The translations under genes were made by a program, and so were the position numbers. Shown in pieces: positions 20,742 to 30,440 of a DNA stretch of 64,000 nucleotides. The notes under the pieces were generated by a model. It had not been told where the DNA came from. It saw only the letters and a list, made by a program, of their open reading frames with translations, and searched no databases. The stretch comes from Truepera sp. (GTDB taxonomy: Bacteria; Deinococcota; Deinococci; Deinococcales; Trueperaceae): contig CBDCKW010000009.1 in the NCBI GenBank assembly GCA_965218435.1, forward strand, positions 1-64,000, written 5' to 3'. How positions within the stretch are numbered: the stretch's first letter is position 1; every line of letters begins with the position of its first letter.

Positions 20742-20984
20742 TCCGCTCGGGTCAAGCTACCTAAAACCTGCACGAAACTTGTACGTGTCAACAGGTTTGG
20801 GTATCAATCTGGGTGTCAACAGGTTCGGCGACTCGGCGACGCACCGGTTAGTGACGTACCGGGACGTGCTAGGTGGCCAAGCGCCGCCAGCTATGCAAAA
20901 CGTCAACGGTTCTGATAACGTTAGGCAAATTTACGGCCCTGAACAATCTTGCGGGCAATTGCAGCGTGCGTGATAGACTTTTTT

Positions 20985-22541
20985 ATGCACCCTGCTCCCC
21001 AACACGCAAACGAAAACGAAGATGTGTTTGCTGCCTATCCGGTGCGGGGGTTTGACGAGGCGTTTTCTGCCGGGAGCGCGGCGCGGCCTCACTATGAGGC
21101 GCTGATAGACGGCTTTCGGGCGCTCGGCAGCAGTGAGTTTCGGCGGCGGCGGGGGCTGATCGAACTGACGTTGCGCAATCAAGGTATCACCTTTACGGTT
21201 TACGGCGACGACCAGGGAACCGAACGGGCGTTCCCTTTCGATCCGTTTCCGAGGGTGATCCCCGCAGGTGAATGGGAAACCTTAGAAGCGGGGCTGCTGC
21301 AGCGAGTTCGCGCCCTCAATCTCTTTTTGCACGATATTTACCACGACCAAGAGATTCTTAAAGACGGCGTGATCCCCGAGGCTTTGGTTCGCGGTAACGC
21401 CAACTTTCGCCCGCAGATGACCGGGGTTACGTTGCCCTACGGCGCGTACACGCACGTCGTCGGCTGCGACCTGATTCGTGGAGACGACGGGCAGTACCGG
21501 GTACTAGAAGACAACCTCCGGAACCCGAGCGGCGTGTCGTACATGCTCGCCAACCGCGCGGTGATGGCGCGCTCATTTCCCAAACTGATGATGCGTCAGC
21601 GGGTACGGCCGATTACGCACTACACCACGGCGCTCTTTGAAACGTTGCAGAGTTTGTCCCCGCGCGATATCGGTGAACCCACGATTGTCGTCTTGACGCC
21701 GGGGCAATATAACAGCGCCTATTACGAGCACAGTTATTTGGCGCAGCAGATGGGCGTCGAGCTCGTCGAAGGGCGTGACCTGTTTGTGGCAGATGGGCGG
21801 GTGTGGATGCGCACCACCGGGGGCAAGCAGCAAGTGGACGTGATCTACCGCCGGATTGATGACGACTTTTTAGACCCCAGGGCCTTCCGCCGTGATTCGG
21901 CGCTGGGCGTACCGGGGCTGATGGGGGTTTACCAGGCGGGCCGGGTCGCGCTCGCCAATGCGGTCGGGACCGGCGTCGCCGACGACAAGGCGATGTACGC
22001 GTATGTGCCGAAAATGGTTGAGTATTACCTTAACGAAACCCCGATGATTCCAAATGTCGAGACGTATCTGGGCGCTGACCCGGAGATGCTTACCTACATC
22101 TGTGAGCAAGCCGCTGAACTGGTGATTAAAGAAGTCGGTGGGGCTGGCGGCTACGGGATGCTGGTCGGGAGCGAGGCGACTTCTGAGCAGCGTCAGAAGT
22201 TTGTCGCGCAGGTGCGTAAAAACCCGCACAACTATATTGCGCAGCCGATTGTGCAACTCTCGAGCCACCCGACCTACTACGCCGACACCGAAGTGTTCGA
22301 GCCGTGCCACGTTGATCTGCGGCCCTATATCTTGTGGGGCGAAACGCCGACGGTGATTCCGGGCGGGTTGACGCGCGTCGCGCTTAGACGCGGGTCGCTG
22401 GTGGTGAACTCCTCGCAGGGTGGCGGGTCAAAAGATACCTGGGTGCTCGAGGGGGCCGGACGCGCCCGGGAGCTGCCGGGAGGTAGTGAAGCCGATACCA
22501 GTGCCAAGCTTGTAGACAACCCTCAGGACGCCCGTGCTTAG
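20985..22541 (+). CDS. Circularly permuted type 2 ATP-grasp protein (DUF404/DUF407)
   Basis: GITFTVY, PFDPFPR, LEDNLRNPSGVSY, LTPG.YNSAYYEH, VDVIYRRIDDDFLDP, VVNSSQGGGSKDTWV; leaderless TAGACT-N5-ATG 20985. Confidence 0.93.
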   Translation: MHPAPQHANENEDVFAAYPVRGFDEAFSAGSAARPHYEALIDGFRALGSSEFRRRRGLIELTLRNQGITFTVYGDDQGTERAFPFDPFPRVIPAGEWETLEAGLLQRVRALNLFLHDIYHDQEILKDGVIPEALVRGNANFRPQMTGVTLPYGAYTHVVGCDLIRGDDGQYRVLEDNLRNPSGVSYMLANRAVMARSFPKLMMRQRVRPITHYTTALFETLQSLSPRDIGEPTIVVLTPGQYNSAYYEHSYLAQQMGVELVEGRDLFVADGRVWMRTTGGKQQVDVIYRRIDDDFLDPRAFRRDSALGVPGLMGVYQAGRVALANAVGTGVADDKAMYAYVPKMVEYYLNETPMIPNVETYLGADPEMLTYICEQAAELVIKEVGGAGGYGMLVGSEATSEQRQKFVAQVRKNPHNYIAQPIVQLSSHPTYYADTEVFEPCHVDLRPYILWGETPTVIPGGLTRVALRRGSLVVNSSQGGGSKDTWVLEGAGRARELPGGSEADTSAKLVDNPQDARA

Positions 22542-23673
22542 CCGTATCGCCGAAAGTCTCTACTGGATGGGCCGTTACATCGAGCGGGCTGAAAACACCG
22601 CCCGCCTCTTGGACGTGAACTACCACGCGATGGTCGAAGCGCCCTACCTCTCGAAAGGCATTTTGACCGAGCAGTGGGGGCCGCTCTTACAAATTACCGG
22701 CGATACCGACTCGTTTAAGGCGCACTTTAACCGGGCCGACCGCAACACCGTCCCCGAATGGTTGACCAACCATCCAAGTAACCCCGGCAGCATCCGCTCG
22801 AGCCTCACCCACGCCCGTGAAAACGCCCGGACACTCCGCGACCGCATCACCACCGAGATGTGGAGTTCGCTTAACCGCTCGTACCTGGCGCTCTGTGTTG
22901 AAAATGCTGACATGACCTTGCACGATTACTGCGAGGCGGTGCGCGAAGCGAGCGCCCTCTTTTTTGGCCTCGCCGGAGCAACCATGCCGCACGATCAGGG
23001 CTGGCTTTTTTTACGTGCCGGACAGCATTTAGAACGCGCTGACAATGTGCTGCGTATTTTGCAGGTACGTTACCGGCAGTACCGCGCACAGGAACCGGTC
23101 GCACGCGGGATCGAGCTGCACCGGGCGACCGCGCTCTTAAAATCTTGCAGTGCCTTTGAAGCGTTTCGTAAAAACCACCACAACGCCCTCGAGCCGGGCC
23201 GTATCGCCGGGTTTTTGCTGCTCGACGCAGAGTTTCCCAGAAGCTTGCGTTACAGCGTCAAACGCTTGTTTCAAAGTTTAGACAGCATCAACACGCATAA
23301 TCCGGGGGTGTCGTTAGAGCCCCTGAGACAGGCGGGCTGGCTGAACGCGCAGCTGACCTATATGCGCGGAGCCGAACAGATTATTGAACGTGAAGACCCC
23401 AGCTTAGAGGCGCTGCTCTCAGCTCTCGCTAAAATTTCAGACGCGACCCGTTTGGCGTACTTCGACAACGCGTCTGAGGTAAAGCGGCTCGTGCAAAACC
23501 AGTTGCAACAAGGTTTCGGCCCCAGCGCCAGCCAAAGTCAGGGTCAAAGCCAGCGTCGCGGCGTAAATCAAGGCCAGAGCCAAAGCCAAGGCCAGAGCCA
23601 AAAACAGAGTCAGGGCCAGGATAAAGATCAGGGCCAGAGCCAGGGTCAACGCCAGAGCCAGTGGCAAAGCTAA
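22534..23673 (+). CDS. Alpha-E domain protein (DUF403) with Gln/Ser/Gly-rich C-terminal tail
   Basis: MLSRIAESLYWMGRYIERAENTARLL, ARENAR..R..I..EMW, G..LERAD, FPRS. Confidence 0.92.
   Translation: MLSRIAESLYWMGRYIERAENTARLLDVNYHAMVEAPYLSKGILTEQWGPLLQITGDTDSFKAHFNRADRNTVPEWLTNHPSNPGSIRSSLTHARENARTLRDRITTEMWSSLNRSYLALCVENADMTLHDYCEAVREASALFFGLAGATMPHDQGWLFLRAGQHLERADNVLRILQVRYRQYRAQEPVARGIELHRATALLKSCSAFEAFRKNHHNALEPGRIAGFLLLDAEFPRSLRYSVKRLFQSLDSINTHNPGVSLEPLRQAGWLNAQLTYMRGAEQIIEREDPSLEALLSALAKISDATRLAYFDNASEVKRLVQNQLQQGFGPSASQSQGQSQRRGVNQGQSQSQGQSQKQSQGQDKDQGQSQGQRQSQWQS
23530..23670 (+). repeat. Low-complexity (Q-S/G)n repeat encoding the alpha-E tail
   Basis: SQSQGQSQ...QGQSQSQGQSQKQSQGQDKDQGQSQGQRQSQWQS; cagagc/caaggc hexamers. 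Confidence 0.9.
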
Positions 23674-23691
23674 AATATCAAGGGAGACACC

Positions 23692-24519
23692 ATGAAAGTT
23701 CGAGTTGGCTGTGAGCTGACCTACACCTCAGACTATGAAACGCCGCTGCTCTCCGTTATTCGTACCCGGCCCGGGAGCCGCTATCACAAGACGCTCGCCG
23801 AAACGCGGACGGTCAACCCGCCCGATACGCTGAGCGCGTACTGTGACCTATACGGCAACGAGGTCTGGCGCACCTTGATCGGCCCAGGTACCTTAAGTGT
23901 CCGCCACGACGTTTTGGCCGAGGTGCCGCCGACGCCCGACCCGGTTTTGCCGGGGCTCGCGGCCACGCCGGTCGCCGCGTTGCCCGATGAGGTGATGCTC
24001 TACACCTTGCCGAGCCGCTACTGTCAGCTCGAGTTCTTTATCGATGACGCTTGGAAGCTGTTCGGCAATATCCGGCCCGGTTGGGATCAGGTGCAAGCCA
24101 TCTGTGACTGGCTCCACGAAAATATCCGTTACGAAATCGGGAGCACGCCCGCCACGAGCAGTTTTGAAGCGTACCGTGACCGCCACGGCGTCTGCCGCGA
24201 TTTCGCGCATTTAGGCGTCGTTTTTTGCCGTGCCCTCAATATTCCGGCGCGTTACGTGTGTGGCTACTTGCCGGACATCAACGTGCCGGTTGACCCGGTG
24301 CCGATGGATTTTCACGCCTGGTTCGAGGCGTTTATCGGCGGCGAGTGGCGCACCTTCGACGCGCGGCATAACCGCCCGCGTACCGGGCGCGTATTAATTG
24401 CCTACGGACGCGACGCGGTGGACACCGCCTTTGCCACCACCTACGGCAATGCTCGGCTGTCAAGTATGAAGGTCTGGGCTGACGAGGTTGCTGAAGACTT
24501 CACGCTGCCGCACGACTAG
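23692..24519 (+). CDS. Transglutaminase-like protein
   Basis: GVCRDFAH, IPARYV.GYL, MDFHAWFE, FD (Cys-His-Asp triad). Confidence 0.93.
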   Translation: MKVRVGCELTYTSDYETPLLSVIRTRPGSRYHKTLAETRTVNPPDTLSAYCDLYGNEVWRTLIGPGTLSVRHDVLAEVPPTPDPVLPGLAATPVAALPDEVMLYTLPSRYCQLEFFIDDAWKLFGNIRPGWDQVQAICDWLHENIRYEIGSTPATSSFEAYRDRHGVCRDFAHLGVVFCRALNIPARYVCGYLPDINVPVDPVPMDFHAWFEAFIGGEWRTFDARHNRPRTGRVLIAYGRDAVDTAFATTYGNARLSSMKVWADEVAEDFTLPHD

Positions 24520-24746
24520 GCGGCGGCTAAGGGAAAGAGATCATAGTTAAGGCTGCTATAGACGGACGGAAAGACGGCTCGAGCAAGGTTGCAAATACCT
24601 TGGAACTGTACACCTAGTGTCAGCGGCGGTGCCAGGGGTAGTATCAAAACAATGTTAAAAATAGTGTCAAGCTATTTACTCGGACGAAGCCGGGCCAAAC
24701 TGCTTGAACTGCTGACGTCTGTCCCTTTCGTTGTGACCCCAAGCTC

Positions 24747-25646
24747 ATGACCTCACCTTATATCCCGCCCAACTTTATTGACCGCAAACAGGTCGTCTGG
24801 GCGCAGGTTAAAAACGTCTCTTATACGCTCTATCAGAGTTTTGAATACCGCTATCCGGGGCCGATTCGCAACCTGCTGCACGAGCTGATGGTTACCCCGA
24901 GAGACGTTTATGGCGGCCAAAAGCTCTGCCGCGCCGAGGTTACGGTGTCGCCGCCGCTGAGCGTTACGCGGCGTACCGACGCTTTTGGCAACGTCGTGCT
25001 GTCGGTTGCTGCGGATACGTTGGCGGTAGGGCTCGAGTTCTACCTCCTGAGCACCGTAGAGAACGCTGCCGGGAGGCCGCCGGTTCACCTCAGCGAGGCC
25101 GACGTCGCGCCTTTTCGGGAGGCGACCCCGCTGACCGCAGCAGACGCCAAGATGCGCGGGGTCGCCAGAGAGCTGCGCACCACCTACGCCGGTACGCTGG
25201 CGTTCGCGGCCCGCCTAAACGAATGGGTCCACCACGCCATGCGGTACGGGTTCGGCGTGACCGACACGCGTACCCCGGCAGACGCGGCGCTTGCCGGTGG
25301 GGTCGGGCTCTGTCAAGATTACACGCAGATCATGGTGGCGATGTGCCGCGCGGCGGGGGTTCCGGCTCGCTACGTCTCGGGCCATATGCTCGGTGAAGGC
25401 GGCTCGCACGCCTGGGCCGAGGTCTTCGTTCCTGAAGCCGGGGCGTTCGCGGCTTATGGGTTCGACCCGACCAACCGCCGCCGCCCCGGTTTAGATTACG
25501 TCGTGGTCGCGCTCGGGCGTGACTACAGTGATGTGCCGCCGACTGCCGGGTCGTTTGACGCACCCTATAACGGCGAGTTGACCTGTATCAAGCGGGCCGG
25601 ACTCACCCGCGTCGAGTACTACAGCGGTGAGGTTGTGCACAGCTAA
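24747..25646 (+). CDS. Transglutaminase-like protein with bacterial transglutaminase N-terminal domain
   Basis: YRY, DAFGN, GLCQDYTQ, PARYVSG, SHAWAE, FDPTN, GRDYSDV.P. Confidence 0.92.
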   Translation: MTSPYIPPNFIDRKQVVWAQVKNVSYTLYQSFEYRYPGPIRNLLHELMVTPRDVYGGQKLCRAEVTVSPPLSVTRRTDAFGNVVLSVAADTLAVGLEFYLLSTVENAAGRPPVHLSEADVAPFREATPLTAADAKMRGVARELRTTYAGTLAFAARLNEWVHHAMRYGFGVTDTRTPADAALAGGVGLCQDYTQIMVAMCRAAGVPARYVSGHMLGEGGSHAWAEVFVPEAGAFAAYGFDPTNRRRPGLDYVVVALGRDYSDVPPTAGSFDAPYNGELTCIKRAGLTRVEYYSGEVVHS

Positions 25647-25772
25647 CTTTAGGGGTTTTCAGAGGCTGATAGGTCAAAGCCTCGCCTCGGCGCTGCGACG
25701 TTCAGTCACCGCCCTTAACCCCGCCTCACGGCCTGGTATAAGGTCTCAGCCAAAACTACGGCGAAACTGCGG

Positions 25773-25814
25773 TGCGCCGTAAAAACTGTGCTGTAAAAGC
25801 TGTGCCGTCAAAGC
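25773..25814. repeat. 14-bp tandem repeat, site B (same consensus as site A)
   Basis: tgcgccgtaaaaac / tgtgctgtaaaagc / tgtgccgtcaaagc. Confidence 0.75.
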
Positions 25815-25818
25815 CGTA

Positions 25819-28236
25819 TTGGTAAAAGCGTTACACTTGGGCGTGCAAGAGGGTTACTTTAGAGCACCCGAACCGCAAGGCGCGGCGGCGTCCGGGCAGG
25901 TCATCTTACGCGACGGCACCACGGCGACGCTGAGACTGGCCAGAGCCGATGACGCTGCACTGTTAGAGGCGTTTCTCAGTAAGGTCGCGCCCGAGTCGTA
26001 TCAGCGCCGCTTTTTTGGTGAGACGCCCCCCCAAGTTGCCGCCGCGCGGATGCTGGCCCCGGAACCGCCGGAAACCAAACTCGTCCTTTTTGTCGTGAGC
26101 GGTGAACCGCAGCAGCCACGGCTGCTCGCCACCGGCGAGTATGCCCGCGAAGCCCCCGACTCGGAGCGGGCCGAGGTCGCTTTTTTAGTTGCTGACGCGG
26201 TGCAGGGCAAAGGCTTGGGGACGCTGATTTTAGAACGGCTCGCGCTCGTGGCCGCGCGGCACGGCATTACCCGGTTTACTGCCCTCACAATGGCCCGTAA
26301 CCGAGCGATGATCGGCATGTTTCAGAGCAGCGGCTTTAGAGTCAATCGGCGGCTCGAGTACGGTGAGGTCGAGCTGGACTTTTCGATCTTACCGAGTGAG
26401 GAGAGCGTCTCGCGGATGGAACTGCGTGAGCGGGCCGCGACCGTCGCCTCGCTCTATACGTTTTTTCGGCCCCGCAGCGTCGCGGTATTCGGCCTCTCGA
26501 CCTCACCCAAAAGTGCGTCGCGGCGGGCGCTGGGCTACCTGCGAGCAGGCAGGTTTACGGGGTCGGCGTACCTCGTTAATCCTAACCTCGAGGGCGCTTA
26601 TGCGTCACTGGGGGCGTTGCCGGAACGTGCGGAAATGGCTTTACTCGCGCTGCCGCAAAACGCGGTCCTGGACGCCGTAGACGCGTGCGGCGCAGCGGGG
26701 GTGCGGGCGCTCGTCGTGCTCAGCGCAGGCTTCGCCGAATCGGGCACGGTCGGGGAGGCGCTGCAAGAAGAGTTGGCGCGGCGCGTGCGGGGTTACGGGA
26801 TGCGGCTCGTCGGCCCGAACAGTTTGGGGCTCTTAAACGCTGCTGAAGATGTCCGGCTCAACGCGAGTTTGGCACCTGACCTGCCGCTACCGGGTAACGT
26901 TGCGGTGTCGTCGCAGTCGGGGGCGTTGGCGCTGGCGATGTTAGAGCACGCCGCCTCAGCCGGGTTAGGGCTGAGAAGCGTCGTGTCACTAGGTAACAAG
27001 GCGGACGTCTCGAGCAACGACCTCTTGCAATATTGGGAAGACGACTCAGGCACCCGGCTGATCGTCTTGTACCTAGCTTCGTTCGGTAACCCGCGCCGGT
27101 TTGCGCGGCTCGCACGGCGTGTGGGACGGCAAAAACCCATCTTGGTCGTCAAGGCCAGTGAACCCGACCTCGCTGAAGCCGCGACCGAGGCGCTGTTTCA
27201 ACAAACCGGGGTGGTCCGCGCCGCGACCTTTGAAGAACTCTTCGAGGTGGCCTTGTTGTTCGCCTACCAGCCGTTACCGGCGGGGCCACGCGTCGGCATC
27301 ATTACCAACGCGAGCGGTCCGGCGGCGTTGGCCGAGAACGCCCTGGCTGCGGGAGGTCTTACACCCTTACCCGTCACCGATTTGACCGCGTTTGCCGACG
27401 CCGACGCGTACCGGGGAGCAGTTCAAACCGCATTGGCAAACCCTGGGGTAGACACGCTGCTGCTGCTCTTTTCGCCGGTCGGTCTGAGCCGCGCCGCTGA
27501 GGTAGGCGCAGTGATCGGTGAGGTGGTAGAGAGGGCTCGAGCCGCAGGAACAATCAAACCCATGGTGTGCTGTTTTACCGGTGCCCACGCACCTCTGTTT
27601 GCGGGTTCGGAGCGGCTCCCGAGTTACCGTTTTCCCGAGTCGGCGGCGCGCGCCCTCGCCCACGTCTATACCTACGCCCGGTGGCGAAACGAACCGCTCG
27701 GTCAGCTGCCGGTCTTTGCTGACCTCACACCGCGCCGTGCTCGCGCCATCTGCCAAGAGGTCGGACGTGCCGGGGGCGGTGAGCTTTCAGGCGTGCAGAG
27801 CGCCGACGTGTTGGGAGCTTTTGGAATTGCGTTAGAGCCCGGTGTCTCTATGAACGCAGCTTTGAGGACTGAACTCAAGCTGACGGTAGAGCCTCACCCC
27901 TTGTTTGGACCGGTCATTTCGCTCGGGCTCGGCGGTCTTTACGGCGAGCTGTTGGGTGACACCACCTACCGCGTCACCCCGCTGACCGGACGTGACGCCG
28001 CTGAGATGGTGCGGAGTTTGCGGAGTTATCCGTTACTGACGGGTTACAGAGGCCATCCGGCTGCCGATATTCCGGCTTTAGAGACGCTGCTGTTACGGGT
28101 CTCGAGGCTCGTTGAAGAGGTGCCCGAACTCAGCACTTTACAGCTCACGGTGCGGACGCTCGGCCCCGAAGCGGGCGCAGCCTTATCAGCAGCGCAGCTG
28201 TCAGCGTTACCTACCGGAGAAAACGATGACACCTGA
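25819..28236 (+). CDS. Pat-type protein lysine acetyltransferase (N-terminal GNAT fused to NDP-forming acyl-CoA synthetase-like domains)
   Basis: LRDG, AEVAFLVADA.QGKGLG, F.PRSVAV.G, SAGFAE, GPNSLG, SQSGAL, SLGNKADV, P.FGP. Confidence 0.88.
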   Translation: MVKALHLGVQEGYFRAPEPQGAAASGQVILRDGTTATLRLARADDAALLEAFLSKVAPESYQRRFFGETPPQVAAARMLAPEPPETKLVLFVVSGEPQQPRLLATGEYAREAPDSERAEVAFLVADAVQGKGLGTLILERLALVAARHGITRFTALTMARNRAMIGMFQSSGFRVNRRLEYGEVELDFSILPSEESVSRMELRERAATVASLYTFFRPRSVAVFGLSTSPKSASRRALGYLRAGRFTGSAYLVNPNLEGAYASLGALPERAEMALLALPQNAVLDAVDACGAAGVRALVVLSAGFAESGTVGEALQEELARRVRGYGMRLVGPNSLGLLNAAEDVRLNASLAPDLPLPGNVAVSSQSGALALAMLEHAASAGLGLRSVVSLGNKADVSSNDLLQYWEDDSGTRLIVLYLASFGNPRRFARLARRVGRQKPILVVKASEPDLAEAATEALFQQTGVVRAATFEELFEVALLFAYQPLPAGPRVGIITNASGPAALAENALAAGGLTPLPVTDLTAFADADAYRGAVQTALANPGVDTLLLLFSPVGLSRAAEVGAVIGEVVERARAAGTIKPMVCCFTGAHAPLFAGSERLPSYRFPESAARALAHVYTYARWRNEPLGQLPVFADLTPRRARAICQEVGRAGGGELSGVQSADVLGAFGIALEPGVSMNAALRTELKLTVEPHPLFGPVISLGLGGLYGELLGDTTYRVTPLTGRDAAEMVRSLRSYPLLTGYRGHPAADIPALETLLLRVSRLVEEVPELSTLQLTVRTLGPEAGAALSAAQLSALPTGENDDT

Positions 28237-28687
28237 GCACTATCTAATGTTTACTCGTTACAACGCTTGGGCCAACCACCGCGCCGCTACGATGGTGGAA
28301 GCTCTAACCGAAGCACAAGCCGTGCGTCCTCTGTTACTGCTGAGTCACTTGCTCCGCGCCGAACGGGTGTGGCTGGGGCGTATTCAAGGGACTGAGGACG
28401 CCACCCTGACGCTTTGGGAGACCGATTCACTTGCGGCGTGCCAAGACCATATCGGAGCGAACACTAGGTTGTTTGAAACAGTTTTGGAGGCGTCGGGGCC
28501 TGATTTAACGCAACCGATTCGCTACACCAACACCAAAGGAGTGCCGTTCAGCACACCGCTTTCCGGCATCCTCAACCACGTCTTCAACCACAGCACGCAT
28601 CACCGGGGACAGCTTAGTCTGCTCGTCAGAGACGCTGGGCAGGTGCCACAACCACTTGACCTCATCGCCTACTCGCGTGAGAGCTGA
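28226..28687 (+). CDS. DinB family protein
   Basis: YNAWAN, HLL.AE..W..R, Y.NTKG, HVFNH.THHRGQ; ATG 28226 with SD ggag. Confidence 0.88.
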   Translation: MTPEHYLMFTRYNAWANHRAATMVEALTEAQAVRPLLLLSHLLRAERVWLGRIQGTEDATLTLWETDSLAACQDHIGANTRLFETVLEASGPDLTQPIRYTNTKGVPFSTPLSGILNHVFNHSTHHRGQLSLLVRDAGQVPQPLDLIAYSRES

Positions 28688-28818
28688 GTCTTTTTAAGAT
28701 GTGCTGAGATTTGTTGTCACATCATGGTTCTGAGTGCATAAAGGACGCCATTTTTTAATCAAGCTATTAACTACTTGGTAGCACGCCGTAAACGCCCCAG
28801 CTGAGCTTGAATCAACAA

Positions 28819-29781
28819 CTAATACCTTAAGAGTGCCGCGCCCCAAGCCAGCCCGCCACCAAAGGCGCTCAGCCCGACCGTGTTCCCCCGTTTAATCAGA
28901 CCTTTTTGCACTGCCAAATTAAACGCCAGGGGCACCGACGCCGCCGAATTATTGCCGTAATCACGGATCGTGCTGATAACTTTCTCGGTAGGTACACCGA
29001 GCGCGTTGGCGACCGCTGTAAGAATCCGCTGATTGGCCTGATGCGGAACGAGATAATCCACCTCGCCGATGTTTAGCCCGCTCGCTGCTACGACATCTTG
29101 AACCGCTGAGGTCATCGCCCGGACTGCAAGCTGAAAAATAGCCCGCCCGTTCATCTTGATGTGGGGCGTGCGGCCCTCAGTGTCTGCGTGCGACCCGCCC
29201 CCGGCCACATAGAGCTTGTCGTAATGCGCACCGTCGCTGTAAGAGCGGCTGGCTAACAGTCCGGGCGTGTCGCTCCGGGACAAGACAAATGCTCCCGCCC
29301 CGTCGCCGAACAAGATGCAGGTACCCCGGTCCTCGTAGTCCACAATCCGCGACATCGTGTCGGCCCCGACGACGAGCGCGTGTTCGGCTGCGCCGGTGCG
29401 GAGAAACTGTTCGGCTACGCTCAGAGCCGTTAAAAACCCGGCACAGGCGGCGTTCACGTCAAAGGCGGCGAGCGGTTTGCAGCCGAGCCGGTGTTGCAGT
29501 TTGCACGCGACTGAGGGAAACATATGGTCGGGCGTCGAAGTGCCGACGACGATCAGGCCCAGGACTGAGGGCTCGAGCCCCGCACACGCTAGCGCCTTCG
29601 TCGCCGCTTCATACGCCAGGTCCGAAGTTGCCTGTTCCGGTTCGGCGATGCGCCGCTCGGAGATACCGGTACGCGTGGTAATCCACTCGTCTGACGTCTC
29701 AACCAGTTTTTCTAAATCAGCGTTCGTCAGCCGCCCTGCCGGGACATACGACCCCGTTCCGGCCACCCTGATATGGTTCAC
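28819..29781 (-). CDS. fabH: 3-oxoacyl-ACP synthase III
   Basis: ETSDEWI.TRTGI.ERR, AACAGF, LFGDGAGA, PHQAN.RI, GN.SAAS.P, FGGGLAWG. Confidence 0.95.
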   Translation of the reverse strand: MNHIRVAGTGSYVPAGRLTNADLEKLVETSDEWITTRTGISERRIAEPEQATSDLAYEAATKALACAGLEPSVLGLIVVGTSTPDHMFPSVACKLQHRLGCKPLAAFDVNAACAGFLTALSVAEQFLRTGAAEHALVVGADTMSRIVDYEDRGTCILFGDGAGAFVLSRSDTPGLLASRSYSDGAHYDKLYVAGGGSHADTEGRTPHIKMNGRAIFQLAVRAMTSAVQDVVAASGLNIGEVDYLVPHQANQRILTAVANALGVPTEKVISTIRDYGNNSAASVPLAFNLAVQKGLIKRGNTVGLSAFGGGLAWGAALLRY

Positions 29782-29785
29782 GCGC

Positions 29786-30373
29786 TTAGTCTTGCGCCAG
29801 GGGAGAGTTGCCGGTCTCCGAAGGAGCGTAGTAGGGGTTCGTACCGGCGGCGTGGTCAGTCGCGTCGAGGACGCGCCTCAGTTCAGGGACTGCACCTAAA
29901 ATCGCACCTTCGATGCCCTGCCGGAGCGTCACATCAGCTGCGCCGCAGCCCTGACAACCGCCGCCCAACCTGATATAGGCGGCGTCGCCTTCAACGTTGA
30001 CCAAAGCGACGTGGCCGCCGTGACTTGCTACACCGGGATTGACCTGCCTATCGAGCACGTCTTGGACGCGCTGCGCGACGGGGTTGTCCCACTTGGGGCT
30101 CGGCCAAAAGACGCGGAAGCCGCTCTGCATCACGTCGTCTACAAAGTCTACCGTTGCGCCGTCTAGTTGCCGACTGCTTGCCGGGTCCAAAAAGACCTCA
30201 AAGCCGTTTAGTTCAAGAACTTCGTCATCATCGCGGCGGTCATCCGGTTTGACGAGCCAGAGTTTTTGCTCGAGCTTGGTCCCGGCAACACGTAAGGCAG
30301 CGACGCCTTGTCCCTGTTGCTGGTCTAAAAAGTTGAGGACGCGCGCGTATGCGGTTTCGGTAAGGTGGATCAT
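29786..30373 (-). CDS. nfuA: Fe-S cluster carrier NfuA (degenerate A-type domain plus NifU-C)
   Basis: VNPGVASHGG.V.L, GGGCQGCG, TL.QGIE, D.TDH..G.NPYY; start moved to ATG 30373. Confidence 0.88.
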   Translation of the reverse strand: MIHLTETAYARVLNFLDQQQGQGVAALRVAGTKLEQKLWLVKPDDRRDDDEVLELNGFEVFLDPASSRQLDGATVDFVDDVMQSGFRVFWPSPKWDNPVAQRVQDVLDRQVNPGVASHGGHVALVNVEGDAAYIRLGGGCQGCGAADVTLRQGIEGAILGAVPELRRVLDATDHAAGTNPYYAPSETGNSPLAQD

Positions 30374-30440
30374 TGCCCTTAGTTTACGGTCAAAACGCCC
30401 AAACCCGTGCGTCAAGCCTTACGCGTTTGGGCCAGAAAGC

